Below, piece after piece: positions 19,778-28,637 of a stretch of 64,000 nucleotides of DNA. The number at the start of each line of letters is the position of its first letter. Within the stretch, counting starts at the first letter, position 1. Under the pieces are notes generated by a model. It did not search any database. It saw nothing but the letters and a program-made list of their open reading frames with translations, and had not been told where the DNA came from. A program made the position numbers and the translations under genes. The DNA is from a virus: positions 25,306 through 89,305 of IMG/VR virus record IMGVR_UViG_3300025645_000048; one strand, written 5' to 3'.

Positions 19778-20416
19778 TTATACATTATTTGTTGATTCTA
19801 CAATCTCTGCACAAAGTTCTGATGGAATCTTACTTCTATCAAAGTAGCTTCCTCGACCTTGAGTTCCACTTTGACTTCCTCTTGGTGCAGATACATGACA
19901 AGGATCTCCATTGTTACACATAGGTTTAGGAGTCCAATAAGTATTGTTGGTCCATATGTCTGTTGGCTTCATCCTATCATCTCCATACTGACAATAGGTT
20001 AAAGTGTGTCGGACATGGTCAACATCATTCCAATGAGGAGACTTTCTCATCTTGCCTCTTGGATTCTCTATGTACCAAATCATATTAGGATTTTTCTTAA
20101 GGAGTATATCTATAATCTTCATAGTTCTCATTAAGATGTTTATTCCTTTGACTGCATTATTTGTCTTTGGCATAAACTCATGTCCTTTCTCCCAATGATG
20201 TCCAATAGATGCTACAGAAAATGACTCACATGGTGGTGATGCCCATAACATATCTACTCTGTCAAAATTGATTGAACTAACCTGAAAATCCATAATATCA
20301 CAAACATAATTTGTGTTTGGGAAATCCACACAATCAGAAGAGAAGACTTTGTGTCCTCTCTTCTCTGCCTCTTTTCCTATGCTTCGGCTTCCACTAAAAA
20401 GTTCTACCACATTCAT
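19778..20416 (-). CDS. Short C5 cytosine methyltransferase-like protein
   Basis: ELFSGS, WASPPC, IENP, YCQYG, KPT motifs. Confidence 0.85.
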   Translation of the reverse strand: MNVVELFSGSRSIGKEAEKRGHKVFSSDCVDFPNTNYVCDIMDFQVSSINFDRVDMLWASPPCESFSVASIGHHWEKGHEFMPKTNNAVKGINILMRTMKIIDILLKKNPNMIWYIENPRGKMRKSPHWNDVDHVRHTLTYCQYGDDRMKPTDIWTNNTYWTPKPMCNNGDPCHVSAPRGSQSGTQGRGSYFDRSKIPSELCAEIVESTNNV

Positions 20417-20781
20417 TGTTGGTTTCTTTTATAGTGACAAAAGATTAACCACTCATCAAGTCTGTCCTCAATGTAGTGTTGTAAATCAAAACTTAAGTCA
20501 GTTAGATAGTCGGCATAGTACTTAGTGTGGTCCACTTTTTTAGAAAGTGTCTGCCAATCTTTTGGTAATCTACCATTAAAATCTCCAATGATTTCATTTT
20601 TGATTCTCTCCACTACAATAAGAGTTTGTCTTCTTACTAGTGGCATACTAAGGTGGAGATAATGCTCTTCCATAGCTTGTAAGAAATCATCTTTGTCGAT
20701 AAATTCTTTGTCATAAGCATCAAGATTAAACTTTAATGCTTTCATAAATTTGCTCATAATTATTTGTATTAAGTTAAACAA
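20413..20781 (-). CDS. Hypothetical protein
   Basis: Likely starts at MSKF (20757). Confidence 0.6.
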   Translation of the reverse strand: MFNLIQIIMSKFMKALKFNLDAYDKEFIDKDDFLQAMEEHYLHLSMPLVRRQTLIVVERIKNEIIGDFNGRLPKDWQTLSKKVDHTKYYADYLTDLSFDLQHYIEDRLDEWLIFCHYKRNQQ

Positions 20782-20822
20782 TGACTCCCAGATGTCTGGG
20801 AGTTTCGTAGGTGTTTAAACCT

Positions 20823-21332
20823 TTACTCTTCAGATTGTTCTTTCTCTACAAAGTCATACTTCTGTCTTAAGTCTCCCTCTGTACATTCTTTAGGGAATAA
20901 CTCTTCCATAAGTGCTTTCTCACAACTATACATCCATTTTGTGCCCTCCTTTTTTATTTGTTCGGCTTTCCTACTGCCTACTGAGGTGTCCTTAATTAGT
21001 GTTTTATAAGTCTCAACAGAAATGTCTTTCCATAACTTCTTTAATTCTCCTTCAGAATCACACATAGTATTCCAAATGTTATTACCTTCTTTGTCATATG
21101 CAGAGTCACCTAAAATAGTTATTTTATCTCCTTGCCACCTACCGATAATGGTAGATGGTTGAGGAATTGAATCTTTGTACTCTATGTGTCCTTCTGCCAA
21201 TAGTAAAGCAAGTCCTTGCAGAATCTCTCCTCTACTGCTTATAATCTCTCCTATTTTTAACCCACTACCGAAAGTATGAGGAGTAAGTAGTTCTTTTTTT
21301 GTTTTGTTTATTACTCTAAAATATTGTCCCAT
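20823..21332 (-). CDS. Hypothetical phage protein (MGQY...N.TKKE; GRW.GD)
   Basis: 169-aa ORF with conserved-looking motifs. Confidence 0.7.
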   Translation of the reverse strand: MGQYFRVINKTKKELLTPHTFGSGLKIGEIISSRGEILQGLALLLAEGHIEYKDSIPQPSTIIGRWQGDKITILGDSAYDKEGNNIWNTMCDSEGELKKLWKDISVETYKTLIKDTSVGSRKAEQIKKEGTKWMYSCEKALMEELFPKECTEGDLRQKYDFVEKEQSEE

Positions 21333-21334
21333 AA

Positions 21335-21550
21335 TTATTGTTTTTGTTCTTTTATTAGTTTATTAATGTCTTGTACTATTTTGAATACATTGTCTCCAAC
21401 ATCTGCACCTTCAATAATCCATTCTATTTTTTCTATAAGTTCTTTTTTGTTCATAATTATTGCTTTTGATTTATTTTTAGATTTTTCTATTAATATTAAT
21501 AAGTCATCTTGTGAATTGTTCCAATCCCAATATTCTTTAGTATTTCTCAT
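21335..21550 (-). CDS. Hypothetical protein (may be two small genes)
   Basis: Internal copy of the 17-bp junction repeat precedes MNKKEL at 21454. Confidence 0.5.
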   Translation of the reverse strand: MRNTKEYWDWNNSQDDLLILIEKSKNKSKAIIMNKKELIEKIEWIIEGADVGDNVFKIVQDINKLIKEQKQ

Positions 21551-21552
21551 AA

Positions 21553-21843
21553 TTATTGTTTTTGATTTAAGATGAATTCATTTAAATGTTCTTTGTTGCT
21601 TTGGTCAAGCATCATATAGAACTCATAGAAGATTATTGTTCCAGTCATATTTCTTACAAATGGATTAGAACATTCTTCTCTTGCCTTAGTTAAGTGTGTA
21701 ACCAAAGTATCCCATTTATCTTGTAGGTGGTTTGCAAGTAATGGATTGTCTGTCCAGACTCTATCAATAAAGTCATAGTGAAAATTGTTAGCATAGTAAG
21801 TAAATGCTACAATTGGGTCTTGTTTTGTTTTAGTGTGTGCCAT
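21553..21843 (-). CDS. Hypothetical protein
   Basis: Early-arm ORF. Confidence 0.65.
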   Translation of the reverse strand: MAHTKTKQDPIVAFTYYANNFHYDFIDRVWTDNPLLANHLQDKWDTLVTHLTKAREECSNPFVRNMTGTIIFYEFYMMLDQSNKEHLNEFILNQKQ

Positions 21844-21849
21844 AGTTAT

Positions 21850-22116
21850 TTATTTAATTGTTTTTAAAATTTTAGCATCATGCCATATATGAATCATTGA
21901 GCATATAACATCATCTGTATGCTCTCCTTTATAATAGAAATTATACCAAGTTGTAAACTCTTCATCTGCTTTACAATATTCTTTTTTGAAAATCTCATAT
22001 TCTTCATCACTTGTTCCGAACATATAGTTCAATGCTACATAACCATTTTTGTTGGTTTCTTTATACACCCAAAAGTCATCTACAACAAGGTGTTCAATCT
22101 TTAAAGTATTTTCCAT
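21850..22116 (-). CDS. Hypothetical protein
   Basis: Early-arm ORF, TAACTATG start context. Confidence 0.65.
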   Translation of the reverse strand: MENTLKIEHLVVDDFWVYKETNKNGYVALNYMFGTSDEEYEIFKKEYCKADEEFTTWYNFYYKGEHTDDVICSMIHIWHDAKILKTIK

Positions 22117-22118
22117 AG

Positions 22119-22478
22119 TTATTTCTGTTTTTTAGATAGGTTAGTAATAATGTGTGCCATTGTATTTAAATGGTTTTCTAGTGGAGAATTTTTGTGTTCA
22201 TTTCCATTCTCATCCAAGTGGATAATTGGAGATGAATTATCAAATTCCCAAGCTAGATCCTTTCCAGCTGTAGCATCCAAAACATCAATAATTCTATTAC
22301 ATTGATTGATTTGTGCTTGAATAATTACTTGTTGTTTAGGCAAGGTTTTTTGTCCACTTATAGTGGTGTAGTAATTCTCTTCTAATCCCTCTTTTCTATT
22401 AGAGATTAAGTCTCGAATTAAGTCTAAATCTTTAGATTCAAATTGATTCATAATTTTATTAAATTTAATTATCTGCAT
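22119..22478 (-). CDS. Hypothetical protein
   Basis: Early-arm ORF. Confidence 0.6.
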   Translation of the reverse strand: MQIIKFNKIMNQFESKDLDLIRDLISNRKEGLEENYYTTISGQKTLPKQQVIIQAQINQCNRIIDVLDATAGKDLAWEFDNSSPIIHLDENGNEHKNSPLENHLNTMAHIITNLSKKQK

Positions 22479-22525
22479 TATTGCATTGAGATTAGGAGAG
22501 GAATCGAGCCTCTCCTTGTTCCAAA

Positions 22526-23164
22526 CTAATCTATAGTACCACTTGTCATTCCTCTATTCAAGTAATACTCTTTCTCCTTACTTATCTCTTCTTCTGATTG
22601 TTGAGCATCTATAGTGAATAACACATCTTCTTCAATGTAATTGTCTCTCCATTGATTTGTGTCATAGTGCAACATTGCACCACCATCATTACCCTCATCA
22701 TCAGTCTGAGGAATTAAGATAGTACCATCATCTAACCATAGTGCAAGTGGAGATTTGTACCATCCAAAACTCTCACATTCTTGTGGATTTAAGTGTCTGA
22801 CATTAACAATCTTTCTACCAATTAGATGTGTGAATCTTGACCTATATTTATTGTGAGGTAGATTATTTACATAATCTTGAGCATTCTTACTTAACTCTCT
22901 AAGCATTGCATTGACTTTATTTGGGTTTTTTGAATATTGTATACCATAAAGTCCTAACTTATAAGTGTTCTTAGCTTCTTTAATAAGTAGTCTATCAGTT
23001 AACCAATCTGCAATAGTATTATTGTAGTAACCTTGCTTACTGATGAATTTCTTTGGATTCTTTCCTTGAGCAATCCATACTTGTTCTCTAATGTCCTTTA
23101 GAGTAAAAGGTTTGTCATCGAATTTATTAAATAGGTTGACAAAGATTTGTTGTTTGATTTTCAT
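22526..23164 (-). CDS. Hypothetical two-domain protein
   Basis: 212 aa; C-terminal DDEGNDGGA motif. Confidence 0.7.
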   Translation of the reverse strand: MKIKQQIFVNLFNKFDDKPFTLKDIREQVWIAQGKNPKKFISKQGYYNNTIADWLTDRLLIKEAKNTYKLGLYGIQYSKNPNKVNAMLRELSKNAQDYVNNLPHNKYRSRFTHLIGRKIVNVRHLNPQECESFGWYKSPLALWLDDGTILIPQTDDEGNDGGAMLHYDTNQWRDNYIEEDVLFTIDAQQSEEEISKEKEYYLNRGMTSGTID

Positions 23165-23289
23165 TATGATGTGATTAAGTTAAAAGTTATAAATGTAATT
23201 CCTATAATATCAAAGAATAGTAATGTGTAGACTAAACAAGCTACTATAGGGTTAGTGTCATTCCAAATTGATTTGATTAAGTATTTCAT
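23164..23289 (-). CDS. 41-aa membrane peptide (MKYLIKSIWNDTNPIVACL...)
   Basis: Translated manually; TAATG coupling to next gene. Confidence 0.6.
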   Translation of the reverse strand: MKYLIKSIWNDTNPIVACLVYTLLFFDIIGITFITFNLITS

Positions 23290-23291
23290 AG

Positions 23292-23495
23292 TTAAGATAT
23301 ATTAGGGTTAAATTCAGTTATATAATAGTCTAGTAAATCATCTTTAGATTCTATTCTATTTTTATACAATGCATCTTGAGTTGCATAATATTTAGTGTTG
23401 GATTCAGTAATAGTGATGACATTACCATCTTCTATCCACTCATCAAACCTCTTTAAGATTTGAGAAAATTGATTATTTGTAAGTCTTATACTCAT
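23292..23495 (-). CDS. Hypothetical protein
   Basis: Early-arm ORF. Confidence 0.65.
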   Translation of the reverse strand: MSIRLTNNQFSQILKRFDEWIEDGNVITITESNTKYYATQDALYKNRIESKDDLLDYYITEFNPNIS

Positions 23496-23500
23496 AGTTA

Positions 23501-23680
23501 TTATTTGTTAGGGTTAATGGTTACACAATAAGAAGAACTTCTTCCATCGGTTAATAATTCTTTAAATTTTAGACTTAATTCCTCTAGTCCATCTGTACTA
23601 TTTTGAGGTTGAGTCTTAATCTCCATAGACACTAGGTTAGATAATTTTGCTAAGTCTGTAAGTGTTAGTCTTGTAATCAT
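23501..23680 (-). CDS. Hypothetical 59-aa protein (MITRLTLTDL...)
   Basis: Translated manually; TAACTATG start context. Confidence 0.6.
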   Translation of the reverse strand: MITRLTLTDLAKLSNLVSMEIKTQPQNSTDGLEELSLKFKELLTDGRSSSYCVTINPNK

Positions 23681-24374
23681 AGTTATAGGTTTAAAGGGTT
23701 AATGTTAATGTCTAATGCTTCACTCATTGTGAATACATTCTCGATAATAATAGTTAATTCATCCATTGTATTTAATTTAATTAAGTTAGATATGAGAGGT
23801 AAGTCACTGACTATCAGTGAGTTAGGTGTAAATTGTGTGTATAGTGTGTCTCTCATAGAGTAAATATACAATAAATATCTAATATATTACTAATACTTTA
23901 CTAATACTTTTAGACTAGGAGAAACAATTCTCTTTAATACTTATTTCAAATGATTACTATTTAATATTTAATTGACTAATCATAATCAAGTGTGAAATGA
24001 TAGTTGAGTTTTGTTTGTGTTTTGTTTAGTTGTAATTCAGTCGGTGAGGGGGTTAAGGGAAGGCTCTCTGTCTCTTCTCTTTTGTTTAACCAATTGAAGA
24101 GGGAAGGCTACAGATAGTGGAGTAGGAGTTATGTATACACCTAATTAACAAGGGATGTGAGGAGTCACACCTACCTAGTACCTACCTATGTCATAAGGGG
24201 TGGAGGAATTCTGAAAAAATCTGAAAAAAAAAGTTGAAATCCTTTTTTAATCAAAAAAAAATAATGACTTTCTGTGGGGGTGGGGTGTGTGTATAAGCAC
24301 TAATAACCCTCAACCTCTATATATCTAATAACTCAAAAAAATTTTCAGTATCTTTACTATCTAAATTTATAGCT

Positions 24375-24572
24375 ATGAATAAATCTGATTACATTGATGG
24401 GTTGTACGTTAAGAACGGAAGACTTATAAATGAACGACCAAACAGTATGACTGGGATTCAAAAGGCAGTATCTATTAAACGATCAGTAACTAACGATCGT
24501 AAGATAAATCAAGTTGCAGAAGCGATACAGTTAGCTGAAAATAAAAAGAACTTTAACGAACTTAATTTCTAA
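24375..24572 (+). CDS. Hypothetical protein, first gene of the rightward arm
   Basis: Followed by terminator. Confidence 0.7.
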   Translation: MNKSDYIDGLYVKNGRLINERPNSMTGIQKAVSIKRSVTNDRKINQVAEAIQLAENKKNFNELNF

Positions 24573-24602
24573 AAAATTTTCTGTTTTCTTTTTGTTTGAA
24601 TT

Positions 24603-24633
24603 AAGGGGTTTAGAAATAAATCTCTTTTTTTTT
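24603..24633 (+). terminator. Intrinsic terminator
   Basis: AGGGGTTTA-gaaa-TAAATCTCT plus T run. Confidence 0.7.
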
Positions 24634-24650
24634 GCAAAGTGTATGATAAC

Positions 24651-24840
24651 TGACACAACTATGACAACTAAAATTTAAAATCGACACAACCTAACTAACT
24701 GATTACTAGTACTTTTATTATTATAATTATTAATAATGTCGATTATGTCGAAAAAAATACTATTATAAAAATAAAAAAAAAGTAAAGTATAGTAAAATAT
24801 ATATAGAGTGTATAGTAGCAAAAAACATTGTCATTTGACA
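24651..24840. promoter_or_regulatory. TGTC/GACA-repeat AT-rich element, copy 2 (origin-like)
   Basis: GACA repeats 24651-24690, ATGTCGATTATGTCGA 24736-24751, TTGTCATTTGACA 24828-24840. Confidence 0.6.
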
Positions 24841-24841
24841 T

Positions 24842-24871
24842 TTTGCTTTTTCACAAATTATACTATCTTTG
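24842..24871 (+). promoter_or_regulatory. Bacteroidota-type promoter for groEL
   Basis: TTTG-N18-TATCTTTG matches -33/-7 consensus TTTG/TAnnTTTG; similar -7 boxes at 27229, 28610, 32091, 38384. Confidence 0.7.
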
Positions 24872-24898
24872 TTTAGTAATCTAATTTAATTTAATCTA

Positions 24899-26512
24899 AT
24901 GAGTGCACAAGGCTATATACCCAAAGACCTAACTTTTGATGAAGAAGGTCGTAAACAATTAATCCAAGGAATTACTGCAATATCTAAAGCTGTAAAAAGT
25001 ACGCTAGGCCCACGCGGTCAGACTGTACTCATTGAATCACCCGATCATGTTGGTGGAATCACAGTGACTAAGGATGGTGTGACTGTAGCCAAGTCTATAT
25101 TCCTAGACAACCCAATAGAAAACCTAGCCATACAAATGATGAAGGATGCAGCAACTAGAACTGCTAACTCTGCGGGTGATGGGACAACTACTGCAATAGT
25201 ATTAACTGAAGCGATAGTAAATGCAGGACAAGAACTATTAAAAGAAAACCATAACATCACCGAGGTGATTAAAGCAATCAACAAGCATTGTGATAAAATA
25301 ATTAGTATACTTGAAAAAGATGCCAAGAAGATTACTCCTGAAACTCTACTAGATGTTGCAACAATATCTGCCAACAACGACAAAGAGATAGGCCAGATAA
25401 TATCTGATGCCTATAAAAAAGTTGGTGCCAATGGTATAGTTACTGTAGAAAAGTCACAGAACCACGAGACCTATGCCGAGGTGACTAATGGTATAAAAGT
25501 AGATCGAGGATACTCCTCACCTATGTTTTTGAACAATCATCGTAAAGACGAGTGTGTGCTTGAAGATGTCTTGGTCTTAGTGTGTGACATAACAATTGAC
25601 AATATTCTGCAAATAGAGAATGTACTCAAACCAATCATACAACAAAACAAGAAACTACTAATCATCGCACCATGTGCTGACAATGTGGTCAACACTCTTG
25701 CGGCCAATGTGGTTCGTAATAATTTAAAAGTATGTACTGTTCTGCCTCCACAGTTTGGCTACAAAAGTCACGAGCTGATGCAAGATATAGCATTCGCGGT
25801 CGGTGCAAAAATATTCTCAGAACAAACTGGTGACGACTTAAGTCTTATAAACATGAACGACCTTGGTCATGTAGATAAAATAATAGTTGGTAAAGACTCC
25901 AGTGTGTTAATCAAGGACGCAGACATAAGCGAGGCAACACAAAACAGAATAGAAGAGCTGAAGGAACAACAACAAAATATGACAATTAAAAGCGATAAAG
26001 ACTTTATAAACGAGAGAGTGGCAAGTCTAGCTGGTGCCATTGGTTGTATATATGTCGGAGCTAATAGCGACGTGGAGCAAAAAGAAAAATTTGACCGAGT
26101 CGATGACTCGGTGTGTGCAGTTCGTAGCGCCTTGCAAGAAGGCATTATTCCCGGCGGAGGACTGGCACTATTTCATTGTGCTAGGTTTTTAAAAGAATAT
26201 ATTAAGTCATACAAGCCATTTGAGAACGAACCCAACATACAAGTAGCTGGTGAGATATTAGCCCAAGCAATACAAGTGCCATTAAAACAAATAATTATTA
26301 ATTCAGGTCAAGATGTGACTGAAATAATTAGTAAATTTCAACACATGGGAGGTAATATAGGATACGATGTTAAGAATGAAGATGTTGATGACATGTATGT
26401 GTTAGGTGTAATCGATCCACTTAAAGTAACTAAGAATGCACTGGTCAATGCAGTGTCTGTAGCCACAACAATACTATCAACTAATGCAATAATAACACAT
26501 AAACGAGCATGA
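24899..26512 (+). CDS. groEL: Phage chaperonin GroEL
   Basis: TLGPRG, TKDGVTVAK, AGDGTTTA, GIIPGGG, IDPLKV motifs; no GGM tail. Confidence 0.97.
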   Translation: MSAQGYIPKDLTFDEEGRKQLIQGITAISKAVKSTLGPRGQTVLIESPDHVGGITVTKDGVTVAKSIFLDNPIENLAIQMMKDAATRTANSAGDGTTTAIVLTEAIVNAGQELLKENHNITEVIKAINKHCDKIISILEKDAKKITPETLLDVATISANNDKEIGQIISDAYKKVGANGIVTVEKSQNHETYAEVTNGIKVDRGYSSPMFLNNHRKDECVLEDVLVLVCDITIDNILQIENVLKPIIQQNKKLLIIAPCADNVVNTLAANVVRNNLKVCTVLPPQFGYKSHELMQDIAFAVGAKIFSEQTGDDLSLINMNDLGHVDKIIVGKDSSVLIKDADISEATQNRIEELKEQQQNMTIKSDKDFINERVASLAGAIGCIYVGANSDVEQKEKFDRVDDSVCAVRSALQEGIIPGGGLALFHCARFLKEYIKSYKPFENEPNIQVAGEILAQAIQVPLKQIIINSGQDVTEIISKFQHMGGNIGYDVKNEDVDDMYVLGVIDPLKVTKNALVNAVSVATTILSTNAIITHKRA

Positions 26513-26766
26513 TCCCTATAAATAAATACATTATTATCGACACAATTGAAGAGGAGATAAAGACTGACTCTGGGTTGTTATTGTCTGCAAACGACATAAA
26601 AGATTTTAGATATAAAAAAGGTAAGGTGGTGAAGCCTGGGACCAATGTAAGTGATATAGAAGAAGGGGACCTAATATACTATGACAAGATGTCTGGATAT
26701 ACTATGATAATTAACGACAAACAGTATACTATAATTCTTGAGAGAGATGTCGTTGTTGTTTTATAA
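26509..26766 (+). CDS. groES: Co-chaperonin GroES
   Basis: P....I.I, KTDSGLLL mobile loop, G.V..PG, GD.I.Y, ILERDV; ATGA-coupled to groEL. Confidence 0.85.
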   Translation: MIPINKYIIIDTIEEEIKTDSGLLLSANDIKDFRYKKGKVVKPGTNVSDIEEGDLIYYDKMSGYTMIINDKQYTIILERDVVVVL

Positions 26767-27214
26767 AATCATTCATCTCAATAATCGTATTACGGTAGAC
26801 CTTATCCATGTACGATGCATCATTTCTAAATAAAGGGTTAGAGTGTGCAGTCTCCGCAATCTCCTCACCATTTAATTTTTTATAAATCATTGTTATGATG
26901 CGCTTGGCCTTGTAAGTAAGCTCATAAAGTGTAGCCTTATTACCCTCACGTTTTCTCCAAACATGAATCCAGTCGTCACGAAGAAGTCTAGCAAACCTAG
27001 GATACTCCCAACTCATAACCTCTTCATACTTTTTAAACTGTTCTTTGTTGAATATATCCTCACTGTATAAAAACAATAACATCTCAAGATCAGGTGTAGA
27101 TAATTTGTACTTAGCCTTAACCCAATACCTAATGACTCTCCAGTATTTTAAATAGTTGTGGGAAGGTGTAATTCTTGATGTTGCCTTGCGCTGATAGACG
27201 CCTTTAGATTTCAT
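26729..27214 (-). CDS. Winged-helix (MarR-like) DNA-binding protein
   Basis: L..L.FLY, RLL...WI, LYELT.KA pattern; lone minus-strand gene. Confidence 0.6.
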   Translation of the reverse strand: MKSKGVYQRKATSRITPSHNYLKYWRVIRYWVKAKYKLSTPDLEMLLFLYSEDIFNKEQFKKYEEVMSWEYPRFARLLRDDWIHVWRKREGNKATLYELTYKAKRIITMIYKKLNGEEIAETAHSNPLFRNDASYMDKVYRNTIIEMNDFIKQQRHLSQEL

Positions 27215-27265
27215 TAAATTAAAGTTAGTATATTTGTAAATATAATTATTTTAATAACAAAAATT

Positions 27266-27361
27266 ATGGCTAAGAAAAAAGTAGTAAAAAAAGCAGCTCC
27301 AAAAAAAGTTGCAGTCAAATCGCCAAGCGTAAAGAAAGAAAGTAAAAGAGTTATTATCTAA
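27266..27361 (+). CDS. 31-aa histone-H1-like microprotein MAKKKVVKKAAPKKVAVK...
   Basis: Translated manually; downstream of TATATTTG promoter. Confidence 0.6.
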   Translation: MAKKKVVKKAAPKKVAVKSPSVKKESKRVII

Positions 27362-27363
27362 TA

Positions 27364-27489
27364 ATGGCTTTAAATAATTTCGTATCTTATTTGTCGAAAG
27401 GTAAAAAGAAAAGACCTGGTGTTCATAGTAAGAATGCTTCGCGTAGTCAAAATGCTTACAAGAAGGCTTATCGTGGACAAGGTAGATAA
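27364..27489 (+). CDS. 41-aa basic microprotein ending YRGQGR
   Basis: Homologous to 38241-38375. Confidence 0.7.
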   Translation: MALNNFVSYLSKGKKKRPGVHSKNASRSQNAYKKAYRGQGR

Positions 27490-27514
27490 AGTTTAATATT
27501 TTAAAAATATAATT

Positions 27515-27667
27515 ATGCCAACAGTAAAATCAAAATCTGGTAATAAAGTATTTCCATACAATGCAGTAGGTAAAGCACAGGCTCACCAATATGCAAAAAT
27601 GAATGGAGGTAAAGTAAAAAATAATCCAAACTACGGTATGGAGAAAAAAATGAACTCATCATATTAA
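27515..27667 (+). CDS. 50-aa basic microprotein (MPTVKSKSGNKVFPYNAVGK...)
   Basis: Translated manually. Confidence 0.65.
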   Translation: MPTVKSKSGNKVFPYNAVGKAQAHQYAKMNGGKVKNNPNYGMEKKMNSSY

Positions 27668-27671
27668 TATT

Positions 27672-27854
27672 ATGGCTAAAAAAGATTACAACAGTATCAA
27701 TTTTAAAAACAAAGACATTGATAAAATTATATCAAAAAGAAAACCAGTAAAAAAAATTAAAAGTCATTTATTACCACAAGGGGTTAAAAAAACTGCATGG
27801 ACAACAGTTGGATTAAATACATATCCTAAAAATATGGATCACTTGAAAAAATAA
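27672..27854 (+). CDS. Basic microprotein
   Basis: MAKK start within array. Confidence 0.6.
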   Translation: MAKKDYNSINFKNKDIDKIISKRKPVKKIKSHLLPQGVKKTAWTTVGLNTYPKNMDHLKK

Positions 27855-27857
27855 ATT

Positions 27858-27971
27858 ATGGCTAGAAAAAAGAAAATGAAGAACCCATGTTGGAAAGGTT
27901 TTATTGCATATGGAATGAAAATGAAGAACGGAAAAGAAGTTCCAAATTGTGTTCCTAAGAAAAAGAAATAA
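27858..27971 (+). CDS. 37-aa microprotein with PCWKG..YGMK.K.GK.VPNCVP motif
   Basis: Translated manually; same motif inside the portal at ~61453-61524. Confidence 0.7.
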   Translation: MARKKKMKNPCWKGFIAYGMKMKNGKEVPNCVPKKKK

Positions 27972-27973
27972 TT

Positions 27974-28249
27974 ATGCCTATAGCAAGAACCACAGGCAAA
28001 GGAGGTAACTATAGGTCCACATCATCTGGTGCGGGTATGACTGCTAGAGGGGTGGCTGCATATAAAAGAGCCAATCCTGGATCAAACCTAAAAACTGCGG
28101 TTACTGAAAAGAAACCTAGCAAAATGAGGTCAAAAAGAAGAAAGTCTTATTGCTCTAGGTCTGCTGGTCAAATGCGTATGCACAATATTAATTGTTCTAA
28201 GACTCCAGAAAAAAGAATTTGTGCAGCTCGTAGACGTTGGAGATGTTAA
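27974..28249 (+). CDS. Basic Cys-containing phage protein (DUF6321-like)
   Basis: GMT..G...Y...NPGS.LK, RRKSYCSRS.G, ARRRW.C. Confidence 0.75.
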   Translation: MPIARTTGKGGNYRSTSSGAGMTARGVAAYKRANPGSNLKTAVTEKKPSKMRSKRRKSYCSRSAGQMRMHNINCSKTPEKRICAARRRWRC

Positions 28250-28259
28250 ATAAAAAATT

Positions 28260-28601
28260 ATGGCTAAGAAAAAAAATGATCCTGAATATATTAGACTTCG
28301 TTCTTCAACCAAGTCTAATCAAAAAATGGGTAAGAAAAAGAAAAGTAAAACTGTTTCTGAATCCTCTAATACTCCCGCTTATGGCAATAAGCCAAATGTT
28401 TCATACAGCAAAACTACAACAAAAACTAAAGGAAATAAAACTACACAAAAAAGTAAATTTAAACAGGTTAGCGAAAACAATGGTGAATTTACTAAGTATG
28501 TTTCCAGAACCAGAAATGGTAATAGAAGAGTTAGAACAAAAAAAATATCTGCAAGTAGGGCGGAAGGAATAGCTAGAAGGTTGAAGAAAAAATATAAATA
28601 A
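28260..28601 (+). CDS. Lys/Arg-rich protein
   Basis: MAKKK start, 113 aa. Confidence 0.65.
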   Translation: MAKKKNDPEYIRLRSSTKSNQKMGKKKKSKTVSESSNTPAYGNKPNVSYSKTTTKTKGNKTTQKSKFKQVSENNGEFTKYVSRTRNGNRRVRTKKISASRAEGIARRLKKKYK

Positions 28602-28637
28602 AATATTAGTATATTTGTATATATAAATTTTTAAATT

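Noticed and set aside
19416-19780. 30-bp repeats as a mini-CRISPR
   Set aside because: Intervening sequences are >100 bp and are whole genes; repeats are non-palindromic AT leaders
28237-28572. 111-aa same-strand alternative-frame ORF over 28260-28601
   Set aside because: A-rich low-complexity DNA explains the lack of stops; the MAKKK frame fits the array's start context
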